Shown here: positions 9,424 to 20,291 of the stretch, in pieces
Position numbering within the stretch: the first letter of the stretch is position 1
How the letters are laid out: each line of letters starts with the position of its first letter
Assembly (NCBI RefSeq): GCF_020852615.1
Contig: NZ_JADZAJ010000023.1
Span: 92,967 to 156,966 of the forward strand
Direction of reading: 5' to 3'
DNA from: Nitrosomonas sp.
Lineage (GTDB): Bacteria > Pseudomonadota > Gammaproteobacteria > Burkholderiales > Nitrosomonadaceae
DNA: 64,000 bases
Made by a program: the position numbers and the translations under genes
Notes under the pieces: model-generated
Told to the model about the DNA's origin: nothing
Seen by the model: the letters and a program-made list of their open reading frames with translations, nothing else
The model's database searches: none

Positions 9424-12222
9424 GTGGGTATGAGCGGTTCAGGTAAAAAGATCACCCGAATGAGACCGACGGCGATTGTGGCACCTGTAGTGGCTGTTAT
9501 TCTGGTACTTTCGGCTTGTGGCAAATCGATGGATGCACAGGCACTGGTGGCAGAAGCCAAGCAATATCAGCAGCAGGGTAACGATAAGGCGGCCATTATC
9601 CAGTTAAAAAATGCGCTCCAGCAAAGCCCGAATGACCCCGAAATCCGTTACCTGCTTGGGATGCTCTATGACAAGGAAGGGGATGCTTTGTCAGCCGAAA
9701 AGGAGCTGAATAAAGCACTTGATCTTGGGATGGATCCGGTCAAGATATTACCTGGTCTGAGTCGTGCCTGGCTTGGAACAGGACAGTTCCAGAAAGTATT
9801 GGATGAAACCGGGAAATTGTCTGACAAGGGAAATTTTGCTGAGTTGCTCGCTCTGCGTGGCAATGCTTCACTGGCTCTGGGGAAAGTTGAGGAAGCCAAG
9901 GCATTATTTGAACAGGCATTACAGGACAAACCGGGCTTTGCGGATGCATTGATGGGACTGGCCAGATGTTCGCTTGCCCGGAACGACATTGCATCTGCCA
10001 TGAATTTTTCGGAAGAAGCAGTGAAGCTCAATCCGGAAAACAGCAGCACAGTATTGTTCAGGGGGGACCTGCTGCGGGCCCAGAACAAGATTGACGAAGC
10101 GCTGGCTGATTATGATCGGGCAATTAAGCTGAACCCGGAATCAGAAGCTGCCTATATTAATCGGGCAACCATATCAATCAGCACCAGGAAATTTGAAACA
10201 GCCCAGGCAGACCTGGATACGGTTCGTAAATTTGCTCCCGGCAGCCTGTCTGCAGCCTATACCCAGGCGTTACTTGATTTTACTCAGGGTAAACATGCGG
10301 TAGCGCTTGAAACTTTGCAAAAGGTGCTCAGTGCGGCTCCCGGTCATTTGCCCAGCGTACTGCTTGCGGGTGCGGCCCAGTTTGCACTGGGGTCGCTGTC
10401 ACAAGCTGAACAGTATATTGATCAGTACCTGAAGGCGATCCCTAACAATCTTTATGCCATCAAACTGATGGCTTCGATTCAGCTGAAGAACAATCAGCCC
10501 AAAGAGGCGATCACAACACTGGCTCCGGCGTTAAAGGCAGTTCAGCAGGATCCGCAGCTGTTTGCACTCGCGGGAGAGGCCTATATGCAATCGAAAGATT
10601 TCACGCAGGCATCTGAATATTTTGAAAAAGCAGGTGCGCTATCACCAGATAATGCCGCGTTATATACCGCGATGGCGATGAGCAAGATGGGGCAGGGGGA
10701 CAGTAAAAGTGCGATTGCTGATCTCGAACAGGCTACCCAGCTGCATGATCAGACAGGACGGGCAGGCGTCATGCTGGTGCTGACTCATTTACAGCTGCGT
10801 GAATTTGATAAGGCACTGAAAGCGGTTGATGCACAACTGGCCGAACAGCCGGATAACCCGTTGCTGCATAATCTGAAAGGCGGTGTTTATCTGGGTAAAA
10901 AAGATCTGGCCAAAGCACGTGCGAGCTTCAATAAAGCACTATCCATCAAGTCAGACTATTTTCCTGCCATTTCCAATCTGGCCAGAATCGACCTGCAGGA
11001 AAAGCATCCTGATGCTGCACAAAAGCGTTTTGAAGATATTCTGCAGCACGACAAAAAGAATGTGCAGGCGATGAGTGCACTGGCCGGTATTGCGCTTTCA
11101 CAGGGAAACAGGGAAAAGGCAACCGAATGGCTGGAAAAGGCCAGCCGGGAGAATCCGGATGAGATACAACCCGCCCTGCAGCTGGGAGCACATTATCTGG
11201 CAATGAACGAGCCCGCAAAGGCACTCGCACTGGCCAAAAAACTGCAAGGTACATATTCCGATAATCTAAGTGTCACAGAATTACTGGCGCGCGCGTATCT
11301 GGCGAGTGGCAACAAGGAAGCTGCGCTGGAAAATTTTGAAAAACTGGCTGCCAGACTGCCTGATTCAGCACCGGCCCAGTTACAGCTGGCACAAATTCAC
11401 GCCACCATGCAGAACACCAGGGCTGCTGATGAGCTACTGAAAAAAGCATTAAAAATCAAACCGGATTTCTGGGAAGCTGAACTGATGCAGGCTCAACTGG
11501 CGGCTGGAGCCGGTCGTGTAGAGGATGCACTCAATATTGCCCGGGAAATACAAAAACAGCATGAGAAGCTGCCGGTAGGGTTTGAGCTGGAAGGTGATTT
11601 ACAGATGGGGCAAAAGAATGCAGCTGCCGCTGCTGCGACTTATGAAAAAGCCCTGGAGAAACAGAAAAGCAGTCAGCTGCAGATCAAACTGCATACTGCC
11701 CTGAGCCAGAGTGGAAAAGAGAAACAGGCTGATCAGCGCATCACACAATGGCTGAAGGAAAATCCGGCTGATGATGCTGTGCGCATGTATCTGGCAGGTG
11801 TTTATCTGGCAGGAAAAAAATATGATCCTGCCATCAGAGAATACAAAACTATCCTGAAACAACACCCTGACCATGCGGCAACGCTTAACAATCTGGCCTG
11901 GATATACCAGGAGAAAAAAGATCCCGCTGCTGCGCTTGACTATGCCGAGAAAGCCTATAAACAGGCGCCAGACAGCCCGGCTATTCTTGATACCCTCGGC
12001 TGGATTCTGGTTGAGAAAGGGGAGGCTGAACGGGGTGCATCACTACTGCAAAAGGCGGTAGCGGCTGCTCCGGAAGCACTGGAGATCCGTTATCATTATG
12101 CGGTTGGTCTGTCCAGATCCGGCAAAAAAACTGAAGCACGCCAGGAGCTTGAGAAACTGCTGGCGGGTGATAAACCTTTCTCCCGGAAAGACGAAGCGAA
12201 AAAACTGCTTGAAAGTTTGTGA
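9424..12222 (+). CDS. prsT: PEP-CTERM system TPR-repeat lipoprotein PrsT
   Basis: Lipobox VLSAC; AAIIQLKNALQ motif; many TPR repeats; C-terminal ILDTLGWILV; start may be ATG 9460. Confidence 0.88.
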   Translation: MGMSGSGKKITRMRPTAIVAPVVAVILVLSACGKSMDAQALVAEAKQYQQQGNDKAAIIQLKNALQQSPNDPEIRYLLGMLYDKEGDALSAEKELNKALDLGMDPVKILPGLSRAWLGTGQFQKVLDETGKLSDKGNFAELLALRGNASLALGKVEEAKALFEQALQDKPGFADALMGLARCSLARNDIASAMNFSEEAVKLNPENSSTVLFRGDLLRAQNKIDEALADYDRAIKLNPESEAAYINRATISISTRKFETAQADLDTVRKFAPGSLSAAYTQALLDFTQGKHAVALETLQKVLSAAPGHLPSVLLAGAAQFALGSLSQAEQYIDQYLKAIPNNLYAIKLMASIQLKNNQPKEAITTLAPALKAVQQDPQLFALAGEAYMQSKDFTQASEYFEKAGALSPDNAALYTAMAMSKMGQGDSKSAIADLEQATQLHDQTGRAGVMLVLTHLQLREFDKALKAVDAQLAEQPDNPLLHNLKGGVYLGKKDLAKARASFNKALSIKSDYFPAISNLARIDLQEKHPDAAQKRFEDILQHDKKNVQAMSALAGIALSQGNREKATEWLEKASRENPDEIQPALQLGAHYLAMNEPAKALALAKKLQGTYSDNLSVTELLARAYLASGNKEAALENFEKLAARLPDSAPAQLQLAQIHATMQNTRAADELLKKALKIKPDFWEAELMQAQLAAGAGRVEDALNIAREIQKQHEKLPVGFELEGDLQMGQKNAAAAAATYEKALEKQKSSQLQIKLHTALSQSGKEKQADQRITQWLKENPADDAVRMYLAGVYLAGKKYDPAIREYKTILKQHPDHAATLNNLAWIYQEKKDPAAALDYAEKAYKQAPDSPAILDTLGWILVEKGEAERGASLLQKAVAAAPEALEIRYHYAVGLSRSGKKTEARQELEKLLAGDKPFSRKDEAKKLLESL

Positions 12223-12265
12223 CGGGATTGTGCTGACAGGCAATTTCTTTCAGATCGGTTCCTGG

Positions 12266-12301
12266 ACCCCCTTGCGGATAGCGTCCGCAAGGGGGTTTTT
12301 T
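12266..12301 (+). terminator. Rho-independent terminator
   Basis: ACCCCCTTGCGGA-TAGCG-TCCGCAAGGGGGT followed by T-run. Confidence 0.9.
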
Positions 12302-12384
12302 GTATGGTGGCGCCGGGCGTTTACCTTGTATGAGTATGAGATAATTTTACTTTATTGATGACAACACGTATCCGGACAGGCGCC

Positions 12385-13272
12385 ATGTATAACACCATCG
12401 AACATTTCATCGGCCACACCCCGCTGGTTCAGCTCAAACGTATTCCCGGCAAAACCAGTAATACCATTCTGGCAAAACTGGAAGGCAATAACCCGGCCGG
12501 CTCAGTCAAGGATCGGCCAGCTTACTCCATGATCATGTGTGCACAGCGGCGTGGTGATATTCAGCCGGGAGATACGCTGATTGAGGCGACCAGTGGCAAT
12601 ACCGGCATTGCACTGGCTATGGCTGCAGCGACCCTGGGCTATCGCATGATTCTGGTGATGCCGGAAAATCAGAGCCTGGAGCGCCGGCAGGTGATGTCTG
12701 CCTATGGTGCCGAGCTTATCCTGACGCCTAAAGAAGGAAGCATGGAGCTGGCAAGAGACACGGCCGAGCAACTGTGCAAAGCCGGCAGGGGCATTATTCT
12801 CGATCAGTTTTCCAACCCGGATAATCCGCTGGCACATTATGAAACCACGGCACCTGAGATCTGGCGGGATACCGCAGGCAGGATTACGCATTTTGTCAGC
12901 AGTATGGGAACAACGGGTACGATCATGGGATGCGCCCGTTATTTTCGTGAGCAAAAGCAGAAAGTGGAAATTGTCGGTGTACAGCCACAGGAAGGTGCGC
13001 AAATACCCGGAATCCGAAAATGGCCGGAAGCCTATCTGCCCGGGATCTATCAGCCGGAGCTGGTTGATCGTATCTTGCTGGTATCTCAGCAGGAAGCTGA
13101 GGATATGGCTCGCCGCCTTGCATGTGAAGAAGGCCTGTTTACCGGTATTTCTTCAGGGGGTGCTCTGGCTGCCGCTCTGCAGGTTTCTGCACAGGTGGAA
13201 AATGCAGTGATTGTATTTATTGTGTGTGATCGCGGGGATCGTTATTTATCAACCGGGATCTTCCCTTCCTGA
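12385..13272 (+). CDS. cysM: Cysteine synthase B
   Basis: KLEGNNPAGSVKDR PLP-lysine, EATSGNTG, GAQIPGIRKWP, CDRGDRYLSTG. Confidence 0.93.
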   Translation: MYNTIEHFIGHTPLVQLKRIPGKTSNTILAKLEGNNPAGSVKDRPAYSMIMCAQRRGDIQPGDTLIEATSGNTGIALAMAAATLGYRMILVMPENQSLERRQVMSAYGAELILTPKEGSMELARDTAEQLCKAGRGIILDQFSNPDNPLAHYETTAPEIWRDTAGRITHFVSSMGTTGTIMGCARYFREQKQKVEIVGVQPQEGAQIPGIRKWPEAYLPGIYQPELVDRILLVSQQEAEDMARRLACEEGLFTGISSGGALAAALQVSAQVENAVIVFIVCDRGDRYLSTGIFPS

Positions 13273-13277
13273 AAGAC

Positions 13278-15410
13278 ATGAAACCGGACAGGTTCTGGTT
13301 TCATCGTGACAGTTTCCCGGATTACGTGTGCCGGCCAGTGGCGCGATGCCGGCTGTTTCTTCCGCTGATACTGCTTTTCATCCTGAATTGTCCGGTAGCG
13401 GCAGCCGCCCCTCATCTTGATTTTATGCTGGAAAATATCCGGCATCCCGTTTTTAGCATTCGCTCGGCCGGTATCCGGCTGACTGGATCGCCTGCTTCGA
13501 ACCTTGAAATCAATCTGGAGCAAGTGGCGATTGGGAAACAGAGATGGCGTAATCTGCATGTGGGATGTGGCCCGGTGCGAATCACCCGAGAATCGGTGAT
13601 TTGCGACCGGGGGATATTACGGATTGGCGGACAATCTCTGAAAATGACTTTCCGGCTGTCTCTGCTGCAAAAAAAGTTTGAACTTGAAGTACGACCTGTT
13701 TCGACTCGCCAGTCAAAAGAGACATGGCAACTGGTGATCGATTGGCAGACAGAAAAATGGCAGGGAGCGCTGAAAGTAATCAATGGGGATGGCAAATACC
13801 TGGCCGGTTTATTACCCCGAAAGAAAGAGCCGGTACAGGTGCGCCAGGCAATACTGAATGGCAATTTTCATCTGAGCGGGGATAGCGCTTCTGTTACAGC
13901 ACTATCTGCCCGGCTGAATATCAGTAACCTTGCTTTCAGTGATGCGAGCGGCCTGCATGCGGGTGAGCGGATCAGCCTGCAGCTTGATATGGATGCACGA
14001 CAGGACCGGCATGGCTGGCGATGGCAAAGCAAGCTTACCTGGCCGGAAGGGGAGGTGTTCTGGCAGCCATTTTATTTCTCCGGCGGAGCACATCAGCTGG
14101 CAGCCGGAGGAACGATACAGGACGGACATATCCATCTGTCGCAGGGGGAATTTAATCTGGCCGGTATCGGTAAGGCAGATTTTTCCGCAGTGCTGAATAT
14201 TGCTGATCAGTCATGGCAGCAGGCCCGGTTTGCAGCCAGAAATCTGACGCTGTCAACCTTGTTTGGTAATATCATCCGGCCGCTGGTTGTGGAGACCGCG
14301 CTGGCTGAAACAGAGATGACCGGCAAGATGGATATTGATTGGCATTATCCGGAAGACAATGACCCGTCATTGTTCATTGAAGTACATAATGCATCCCTGA
14401 CAGATGCGCAGGGACGGTTTGCGGTTGCAGGACTTGGTGCCCGTCTGCCGTGGAGCCGTAATGTGAAGCGGGATGGTTTGATTCAGTTTGATCATGCCCG
14501 GGTAATAGGTATCCCTGTGGGGAAAACGCAAATCCCGATTCAGACAGAAGGATTACAGCTCAGTATTCCGTATGCGGAAATCCCGATACTGGATGGAAAA
14601 ATGGCGATAGCGCATTTTTCAGCCGCCAGGAAAGATTCCAAGAGCTCCAAGGATTCCAAAGATTCCAAAGATTCCGGGGACTCCGGCTGGCAATGGCAAT
14701 TTAACGGGTTGATTTCCCCGATTTCCATGGAGAAGCTGACCGAATCCCTGCAGATTCAGCCGATGTTCGGGACGTTATCCGGCACCATACCGAGAGTGCG
14801 TTACGCCAATTCGACGGTGACGATGGAGGGTGAGCTTGTATTTGGAATATTCGATGGGGTTGTCGTGGCCAGAAATCTGGTGCTGACCGAGCCGCTTGGC
14901 TTGACGCCGCATTTGACTGCGGATATTGCCATGCATCACATTGATCTTGGTTTACTGACGCATGCCTACTCATTTGGCAATATACAGGGTCGGGCTGATG
15001 TTGAGATTAATGATCTGGAGCTGATTAACCGGGAGCCAGTCAGGTTTGATGCAAAAATTACCAGCAGTGCAGGGGATGACAAACGCCGGATCAGTCAGGC
15101 GGCTATCAGAAATCTTATCGCACTGGGGGGCAGATCTGCGGTTACGGCTATTCAGCAACGTTTTCTCGGGTTGTTTGAACAATTCGGTTATGCGGAAATT
15201 GGCTGGCGCTGCAAATTGCGCAATGGTATCTGCGATATGGGGGGGATTGAATCTTTGACGCATGATGACAGCTATATGCTGATTAAAGGCAGCGGAATAC
15301 CAGCCATTAACATTACCGGCTATAATCGGAGCGTTGATTGGCATGAATTGCTTAAACGTCTTAAACAGGCAATTGAGAGTGGTAACCCGGTTATTCACGG
15401 ATATGACTAA
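13278..15410 (+). CDS. YdbH-like (AsmA-like/dicarboxylate-transport-domain) envelope protein
   Basis: Beta-strand-rich body with C-terminal F.QFGY.EIG..C.L.NG.C.MGG and IKGSGIPAINITGYN segments; followed by a lipoprotein and a DUF1318 gene. Confidence 0.65.
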   Translation: MKPDRFWFHRDSFPDYVCRPVARCRLFLPLILLFILNCPVAAAAPHLDFMLENIRHPVFSIRSAGIRLTGSPASNLEINLEQVAIGKQRWRNLHVGCGPVRITRESVICDRGILRIGGQSLKMTFRLSLLQKKFELEVRPVSTRQSKETWQLVIDWQTEKWQGALKVINGDGKYLAGLLPRKKEPVQVRQAILNGNFHLSGDSASVTALSARLNISNLAFSDASGLHAGERISLQLDMDARQDRHGWRWQSKLTWPEGEVFWQPFYFSGGAHQLAAGGTIQDGHIHLSQGEFNLAGIGKADFSAVLNIADQSWQQARFAARNLTLSTLFGNIIRPLVVETALAETEMTGKMDIDWHYPEDNDPSLFIEVHNASLTDAQGRFAVAGLGARLPWSRNVKRDGLIQFDHARVIGIPVGKTQIPIQTEGLQLSIPYAEIPILDGKMAIAHFSAARKDSKSSKDSKDSKDSGDSGWQWQFNGLISPISMEKLTESLQIQPMFGTLSGTIPRVRYANSTVTMEGELVFGIFDGVVVARNLVLTEPLGLTPHLTADIAMHHIDLGLLTHAYSFGNIQGRADVEINDLELINREPVRFDAKITSSAGDDKRRISQAAIRNLIALGGRSAVTAIQQRFLGLFEQFGYAEIGWRCKLRNGICDMGGIESLTHDDSYMLIKGSGIPAINITGYNRSVDWHELLKRLKQAIESGNPVIHGYD
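14631..14687 (+). repeat. In-frame 9-bp tandem repeat (KDS/KSS units)
   Basis: AAAGATTCC-type units encoding KDSKSSKDSKDSKDSGDSG. Confidence 0.85.
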
Positions 15411-15648
15411 AAATGACTTCCTCCCGGCAGGGCTGATGGCCGCCGGTTTGCTGCTGGCTGGTTGTGTGACGATTAACATTTACTTTCCAGCTGCCGCAGC
15501 CGAAAAAGTGGCCGACAAAATCATCGAAGAGGTATGGCAGGCCGGGAAAGGTGGAGAGGAAAACGGCAAGTCAGGTAGAAACATCAACGATAAAACTGAT
15601 GGTAAAACTGACAGTAAAACCGATAAAACCGATAAAACCAAGCCATAG
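15403..15648 (+). CDS. YnbE-like lipoprotein
   Basis: Lipobox LLAGC followed by VTINIYFPAAAAEKVADKII; KTD-repeat tail. Confidence 0.75.
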   Translation: MTKNDFLPAGLMAAGLLLAGCVTINIYFPAAAAEKVADKIIEEVWQAGKGGEENGKSGRNINDKTDGKTDSKTDKTDKTKP

Positions 15649-15696
15649 CCAGGGTTGGGCGTAATGTTCAATCCTGTTTTCTGAGAGGAAAAATCT

Positions 15697-16122
15697 GTGT
15701 GTAAACAGTTGATTAACTTCCTGATGCTGACTGCACTGATTCTTTTCATGTGCGCCGGTACCGCGACAGCAGTTGATTTTGAAGCCAATACACCCGCAGT
15801 TACCCGGTTGAAACAAAACATGCAGCAGCGCCATAGTCAGCTGGCGCCATTTTATGATAGCGGTGCGGTAGGGCTGACCCGTGACGGGCTGGTTGCGCTG
15901 CGTGATGCCAATGCAGTGCCACTTTCATCTCGCCAGTCAGTCAATTCTCTCGTTACTGCTGAAAATCAGGATCGTAATGCGCTTTATCGTGAAATCGCAC
16001 TGGCCAATAATCACCCGGAATGGGAAGAGGATATCCGTTTGACATTTGCCCAGCGCTGGACAGCTTCAGCCAGATCGGGCTGGTGGTACCAGCAGGGAAA
16101 TGGCTCCTGGCAGAAAAAATAA
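15697..16122 (+). CDS. DUF1318/YdbL family protein
   Basis: Signal peptide; GAVGLTRDG, AENQDRNALY, ARSGWWYQ motifs. Confidence 0.85.
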   Translation: MCKQLINFLMLTALILFMCAGTATAVDFEANTPAVTRLKQNMQQRHSQLAPFYDSGAVGLTRDGLVALRDANAVPLSSRQSVNSLVTAENQDRNALYREIALANNHPEWEEDIRLTFAQRWTASARSGWWYQQGNGSWQKK

Positions 16123-16298
16123 TGCCGGATAGCAGGACAGATAAGCGGTCATTCCAGGTGTCGACAGAAAAACTGCTTGAAATGAAATGATAAATAAGTG
16201 AACATTGGTTCGATCGGATGCGGGACGGCTTGGTCCCCGGGAGGGGTGGCGCAGGCCACCATATTGTTTCAGAATTAGAAAAATTGGATGGATTGTCT

Positions 16299-17486
16299 GT
16301 GTCTCATGTAATGAATACGTATGCACGGCTCCCTGTTACTTTTGTCAGGGGTGAAGGGGTTTGGCTGTGGGATGACCAGGGTAACCGCTACCTCGATGCA
16401 CTGTCAGGTATCGCGGTTTGCGGTGTTGGACACTGTCACCCGACTCTGACAAAAGCATTGTGCGAACAGGTTTCAACCCTGGTTCATACCTCCAACGTCT
16501 ACCATATTCAGCACCAGGAGCGGCTGGCAGACAGGCTGGCCGGCCTGTCAGGCCTGGATAAGGTTTTTTTCTGTAATTCCGGAGCGGAAGCGAACGAAGC
16601 CGCTATCAAGCTGGCCCGGCTTTACGGCCATAATCAGGGAATCAGCCTGCCAACCGTCATCGTTATGGAGCGATCGTTCCATGGCCGGACGATGGCAACT
16701 TTGACGGCCACGGGCAACCGCAAAACACAGGCGGGTTTCGAGCCATTGCTGACGGGATTCGTGCGGGTGCCCTACGACGATCTGGAAGCGGTTACCAGGG
16801 TTGCTGCCAACAATAAAGAAATTGTGGCCATCCTGCTGGAAACCTATCAGGGTGAAGGAGGGGTTAATTTTCCACAAGCCAGTTACCTGCAGGGGTTGCG
16901 CAAAATCTGCGATCAGAACGGCTGGCTGCTGATGCTGGATGAAGTGCAGTGTGGTTTGGGCCGTACCGGAAAATGGTTTGCGTTTCAACACAGTGGAATC
17001 AGACCGGATGTCATGTCACTGGCGAAAGGACTGGGCTCAGGTGTACCCATTGGAGCATGTCTGGCAGGTGGAAAAGCGGCAGAAGTATTCAAGCCTGGCA
17101 ATCATGCCTCTACTTTTGGCGGTAACCCGCTGGCGTGCAGGGCAGCCCTGACCACCCTTGATATTATCGAGCAGGAAGGATTGATGGATAACGCTGTTTC
17201 CATTGGCAGCTTTATGCGGGGGGAGTTTGAGAAACGGTTGCAGGCATGGGCGGGTGTGCTGAAAATTCGCGGGCAGGGGATGATGATCGGAATTGAGCTG
17301 CTTGTCCCCTGTGGTGCTCTTGTACCTGAAGCGCTGAAACGCCGGTTGCTGATCAATGTGACTTCCGAAAAAGTGGTGCGTTTGCTGCCGGCTTTGAATA
17401 TGCAAAAAGCAGAAGCTGAACAGGTGGTTGTTGAGGTTTCTGCACTCATTGACCAGTTTCTTGAGAATCAGGGAAAACAGCCGTAA
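16299..17486 (+). CDS. argD: Acetylornithine aminotransferase
   Basis: MNTYARLP, FCNSGAEANEAA, SFHGRT, DEVQCG, PLP-lysine SLAKGLG; start set at GTG 16299. Confidence 0.93.
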   Translation: MSHVMNTYARLPVTFVRGEGVWLWDDQGNRYLDALSGIAVCGVGHCHPTLTKALCEQVSTLVHTSNVYHIQHQERLADRLAGLSGLDKVFFCNSGAEANEAAIKLARLYGHNQGISLPTVIVMERSFHGRTMATLTATGNRKTQAGFEPLLTGFVRVPYDDLEAVTRVAANNKEIVAILLETYQGEGGVNFPQASYLQGLRKICDQNGWLLMLDEVQCGLGRTGKWFAFQHSGIRPDVMSLAKGLGSGVPIGACLAGGKAAEVFKPGNHASTFGGNPLACRAALTTLDIIEQEGLMDNAVSIGSFMRGEFEKRLQAWAGVLKIRGQGMMIGIELLVPCGALVPEALKRRLLINVTSEKVVRLLPALNMQKAEAEQVVVEVSALIDQFLENQGKQP

Positions 17487-17639
17487 CGGCAGCTGCATAA
17501 TAGCTGCCAGACAAGCCTTTCCCGACCTTTCCTCTTCGTATTTTCAAACACAGTCAGGCGCAGTCAGGTCTTGCTCCCACTGGTTTATTACCAGGACAGA
17601 TATGCAGACTCCTGAATATTTTTATCAGTAAAAGCATTT

Positions 17640-18563
17640 ATGCAGATCAGGCATTTTTTACAGTTTAAGGATTTTGACCGGCAGGAACATGAATACCTGT
17701 TCGACCGGACCCGCTGGATCAAGAATGAATTCAAGCAATATCGCCGTTACTGGCCGTTGACTGACCGAACGCTTGCCATGATTTTCGAGAAACATTCGAC
17801 GCGTACCCGTCTTTCATTCGAAGCCGGAATGCACCAGCTGGGCGGCAGTGCCATTTACCTGTCAACACGAGATACTCAGCTGGGCCGTGGCGAGCCGGTC
17901 GAAGATGCTGCCCGGGTGATTTCAAGGATGGTCGATATCATTACGATACGTACGCACGAACATGAAATCATCACCCGTTTTGCGGAAAATTCACGTGTGC
18001 CGGTGATTAATGGATTAACAGACGAATATCATCCCTGCCAGATCCTCGCGGATATTTATACCTTCATGGAGCACCGCGGAAGCATTACGGGTAAAACCGT
18101 GGCATGGATTGGTGATTCCAATAATGTATGCAATACCTGGCTGCAGGCCGCCGAGGTATTTGATTTCAACGTGCATGTCTCCACTCCGCCGGGCTATGAA
18201 GTAGAGCCGGAACGGGCCGGTTTGTACGGTACGGATCACTACGAGCAGTTTGCTTCCCCGCATGATGCGGTCAGGGATGCTGATCTGGTTACAACAGATG
18301 TATGGACCAGCATGGGTTTTGAAGATGAGGCGGTTGCGCGTAAAAACGATTTTGCCGATTTTCGGGTGGATGCTGAAATGATGGCAGGCGCTAAAAAAGA
18401 GGCGCTGTTCATGCACTGTCTGCCGGCGCACCGGGGAGAGGAAGTGGATGCGGAAGTGATTGACGGGCCCCAGTCAGTGGTGTGGGATGAAGCTGAAAAC
18501 CGGCTGCATACACAAAAAGCACTGATGGAATATTTGCTGCTGGGCAGGATTGGTATCAGGTAA
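17640..18563 (+). CDS. argF: Ornithine carbamoyltransferase
   Basis: STRTRLSFE, HPCQ, FMHCLPAHRGEEV. Confidence 0.96.
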   Translation: MQIRHFLQFKDFDRQEHEYLFDRTRWIKNEFKQYRRYWPLTDRTLAMIFEKHSTRTRLSFEAGMHQLGGSAIYLSTRDTQLGRGEPVEDAARVISRMVDIITIRTHEHEIITRFAENSRVPVINGLTDEYHPCQILADIYTFMEHRGSITGKTVAWIGDSNNVCNTWLQAAEVFDFNVHVSTPPGYEVEPERAGLYGTDHYEQFASPHDAVRDADLVTTDVWTSMGFEDEAVARKNDFADFRVDAEMMAGAKKEALFMHCLPAHRGEEVDAEVIDGPQSVVWDEAENRLHTQKALMEYLLLGRIGIR

Positions 18564-18601
18564 CCCCAGATTACCTGGAAATTTTTTGATTGTGAAGGGA
18601 C

Positions 18602-19816
18602 ATGGATAAAGTTAAGAAAGCAGTATTGGCATTTTCAGGCGGGCTGGATACCTCGGTTATTTTGAAATGGCTGCAGGATACTTACCAGTGTGAAGTTGTT
18701 ACTTTCACGGCGGATGTGGGTCAGGGTGAAGAAATTGAACCTGCCCGCGCCAAAGCCGTTCAGTTTGGGATCAAAGAAATTTTTATTGAAGATCTGCGTG
18801 AAGAATTTGTGCGCGATTATGTTTTTCCCATGTTCCGTGCCAATACGATTTATGAGGGAGAGTATCTGCTGGGTACCAGTATTGCCCGGCCGCTGATTGC
18901 CAAACGGCAGGTGGAAATTGCACAGCAGACGGGGGCTGATGCGGTTTCGCATGGGGCTACCGGTAAAGGAAACGATCAGGTACGTTTTGAACTTGGTTAC
19001 TACGCATTACAGCCGGATATCCGTGTTATCGCTCCCTGGCGTGAGTGGGATCTGACTTCACGTGAAAAACTGCTGGCGTATGCCGAGAAACAGGGCATTC
19101 CGATTGAAATGAAGAAAAAGCAGGGGTCACCCTACAGCATGGATGCCAATCTCCTGCATATTTCCTACGAAGGCCGTGCGCTGGAAGATCCCGCTGCCGA
19201 GCCGGAAGAAAGCATGTGGCGCTGGACGGTATCGCCGGAAGCCGCACCGAATGAGCCTGAATACCTGGATCTGGAATATGAACGGGGTGATATCGTTGCA
19301 TTGAACGGGGAGAAGCTGTCGCCCGCGGCTGTTCTGGCCAGGCTTAACCAGCTGGGTGGAAAACATGGTATCGGGCGCCTTGATCTGGTGGAAAACCGGT
19401 ATGTCGGAATGAAATCGCGCGGCTGCTATGAAACCCCGGGCGGTACCATCATGTTGCGTGCTCACCGTGCAATCGAGTCGATCACGCTTGACCGGGAAGT
19501 TGCCCATTTGAAGGATGACCTGATGCCGCGTTACGCTGCATTGATTTATAACGGCTACTGGTGGAGCCCGGAAAGAAAACTGCTGCAGGGACTGATCAAC
19601 GAATCCCAGGTCAACGTCAATGGCTGGGTTCGGGTCAAGCTCTATAAAGGCAATGTAACGGTAGTCGGGCGTGATTCCAGGACAGATTCACTGTTTGATC
19701 CCAATATTGCCACCTTTGAAGAAGATGGCGGTGCCTATCATCAGGCGGATGCAGCGGGCTTTATTAAGCTCAATGCGCTGAGAATGCGGATTGCAAAAGC
19801 GCTTCGCAGACGTTAG
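18602..19816 (+). CDS. argG: Argininosuccinate synthase
   Basis: [31 protein letters not shown]. Confidence 0.97.
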   Translation: MDKVKKAVLAFSGGLDTSVILKWLQDTYQCEVVTFTADVGQGEEIEPARAKAVQFGIKEIFIEDLREEFVRDYVFPMFRANTIYEGEYLLGTSIARPLIAKRQVEIAQQTGADAVSHGATGKGNDQVRFELGYYALQPDIRVIAPWREWDLTSREKLLAYAEKQGIPIEMKKKQGSPYSMDANLLHISYEGRALEDPAAEPEESMWRWTVSPEAAPNEPEYLDLEYERGDIVALNGEKLSPAAVLARLNQLGGKHGIGRLDLVENRYVGMKSRGCYETPGGTIMLRAHRAIESITLDREVAHLKDDLMPRYAALIYNGYWWSPERKLLQGLINESQVNVNGWVRVKLYKGNVTVVGRDSRTDSLFDPNIATFEEDGGAYHQADAAGFIKLNALRMRIAKALRRR

Positions 19817-20090
19817 GGAACCGCTCTGATCAAGTCCCGCATGGCCACACACCGTGTTTTGCAGATGGAGTGCAAGGCGGGTGAGGCAGTGTGGCTGGCC
19901 CCTTCACAACGGGCTCAACGCCACAGTCTGTCTGAAAAACCTGTACCCTAAAAGGTTGCGGCAAAATCATGCGCTCGCTGTGTCGTGCTCCTCGGCATCA
20001 TAGAAAATAGCTGCGACCTTCGTCGCGCTCCTTGCGATCATCACGATTTTGCCTGCTATGCGGCTCATGGAGGGCTTAATCAGAGGTTCC
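19817..20090. mobile_element. 274-bp non-autonomous MITE with IS5-like terminal inverted repeats
   Basis: Left GGAACCgcTCTGATCAAGTCCCGCATG; right (reverse complement) GGAACCTCTGATTAAGCCCTCCATG; flanks TTAG/TTGG; no transposase ORF. Confidence 0.75.
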
Positions 20091-20291
20091 TTGGTTTTCC
20101 AGGAAACTGAACGGCTGTTGTTTTCGCTGTTTTTATTGTTTTTATTTAAACAGGTGCCGGGTAATCGCTTTTGTAACAACCTTCGTTTTTTTCGGTGGTA
20201 TCTGCTGTAAAAACACAGCTGCAGTTGTTATCAGTTGCAATGCTGTAAGTCTGCCGCGCCGGACCGATTTTTCTTAATCCCTGAAAATACC

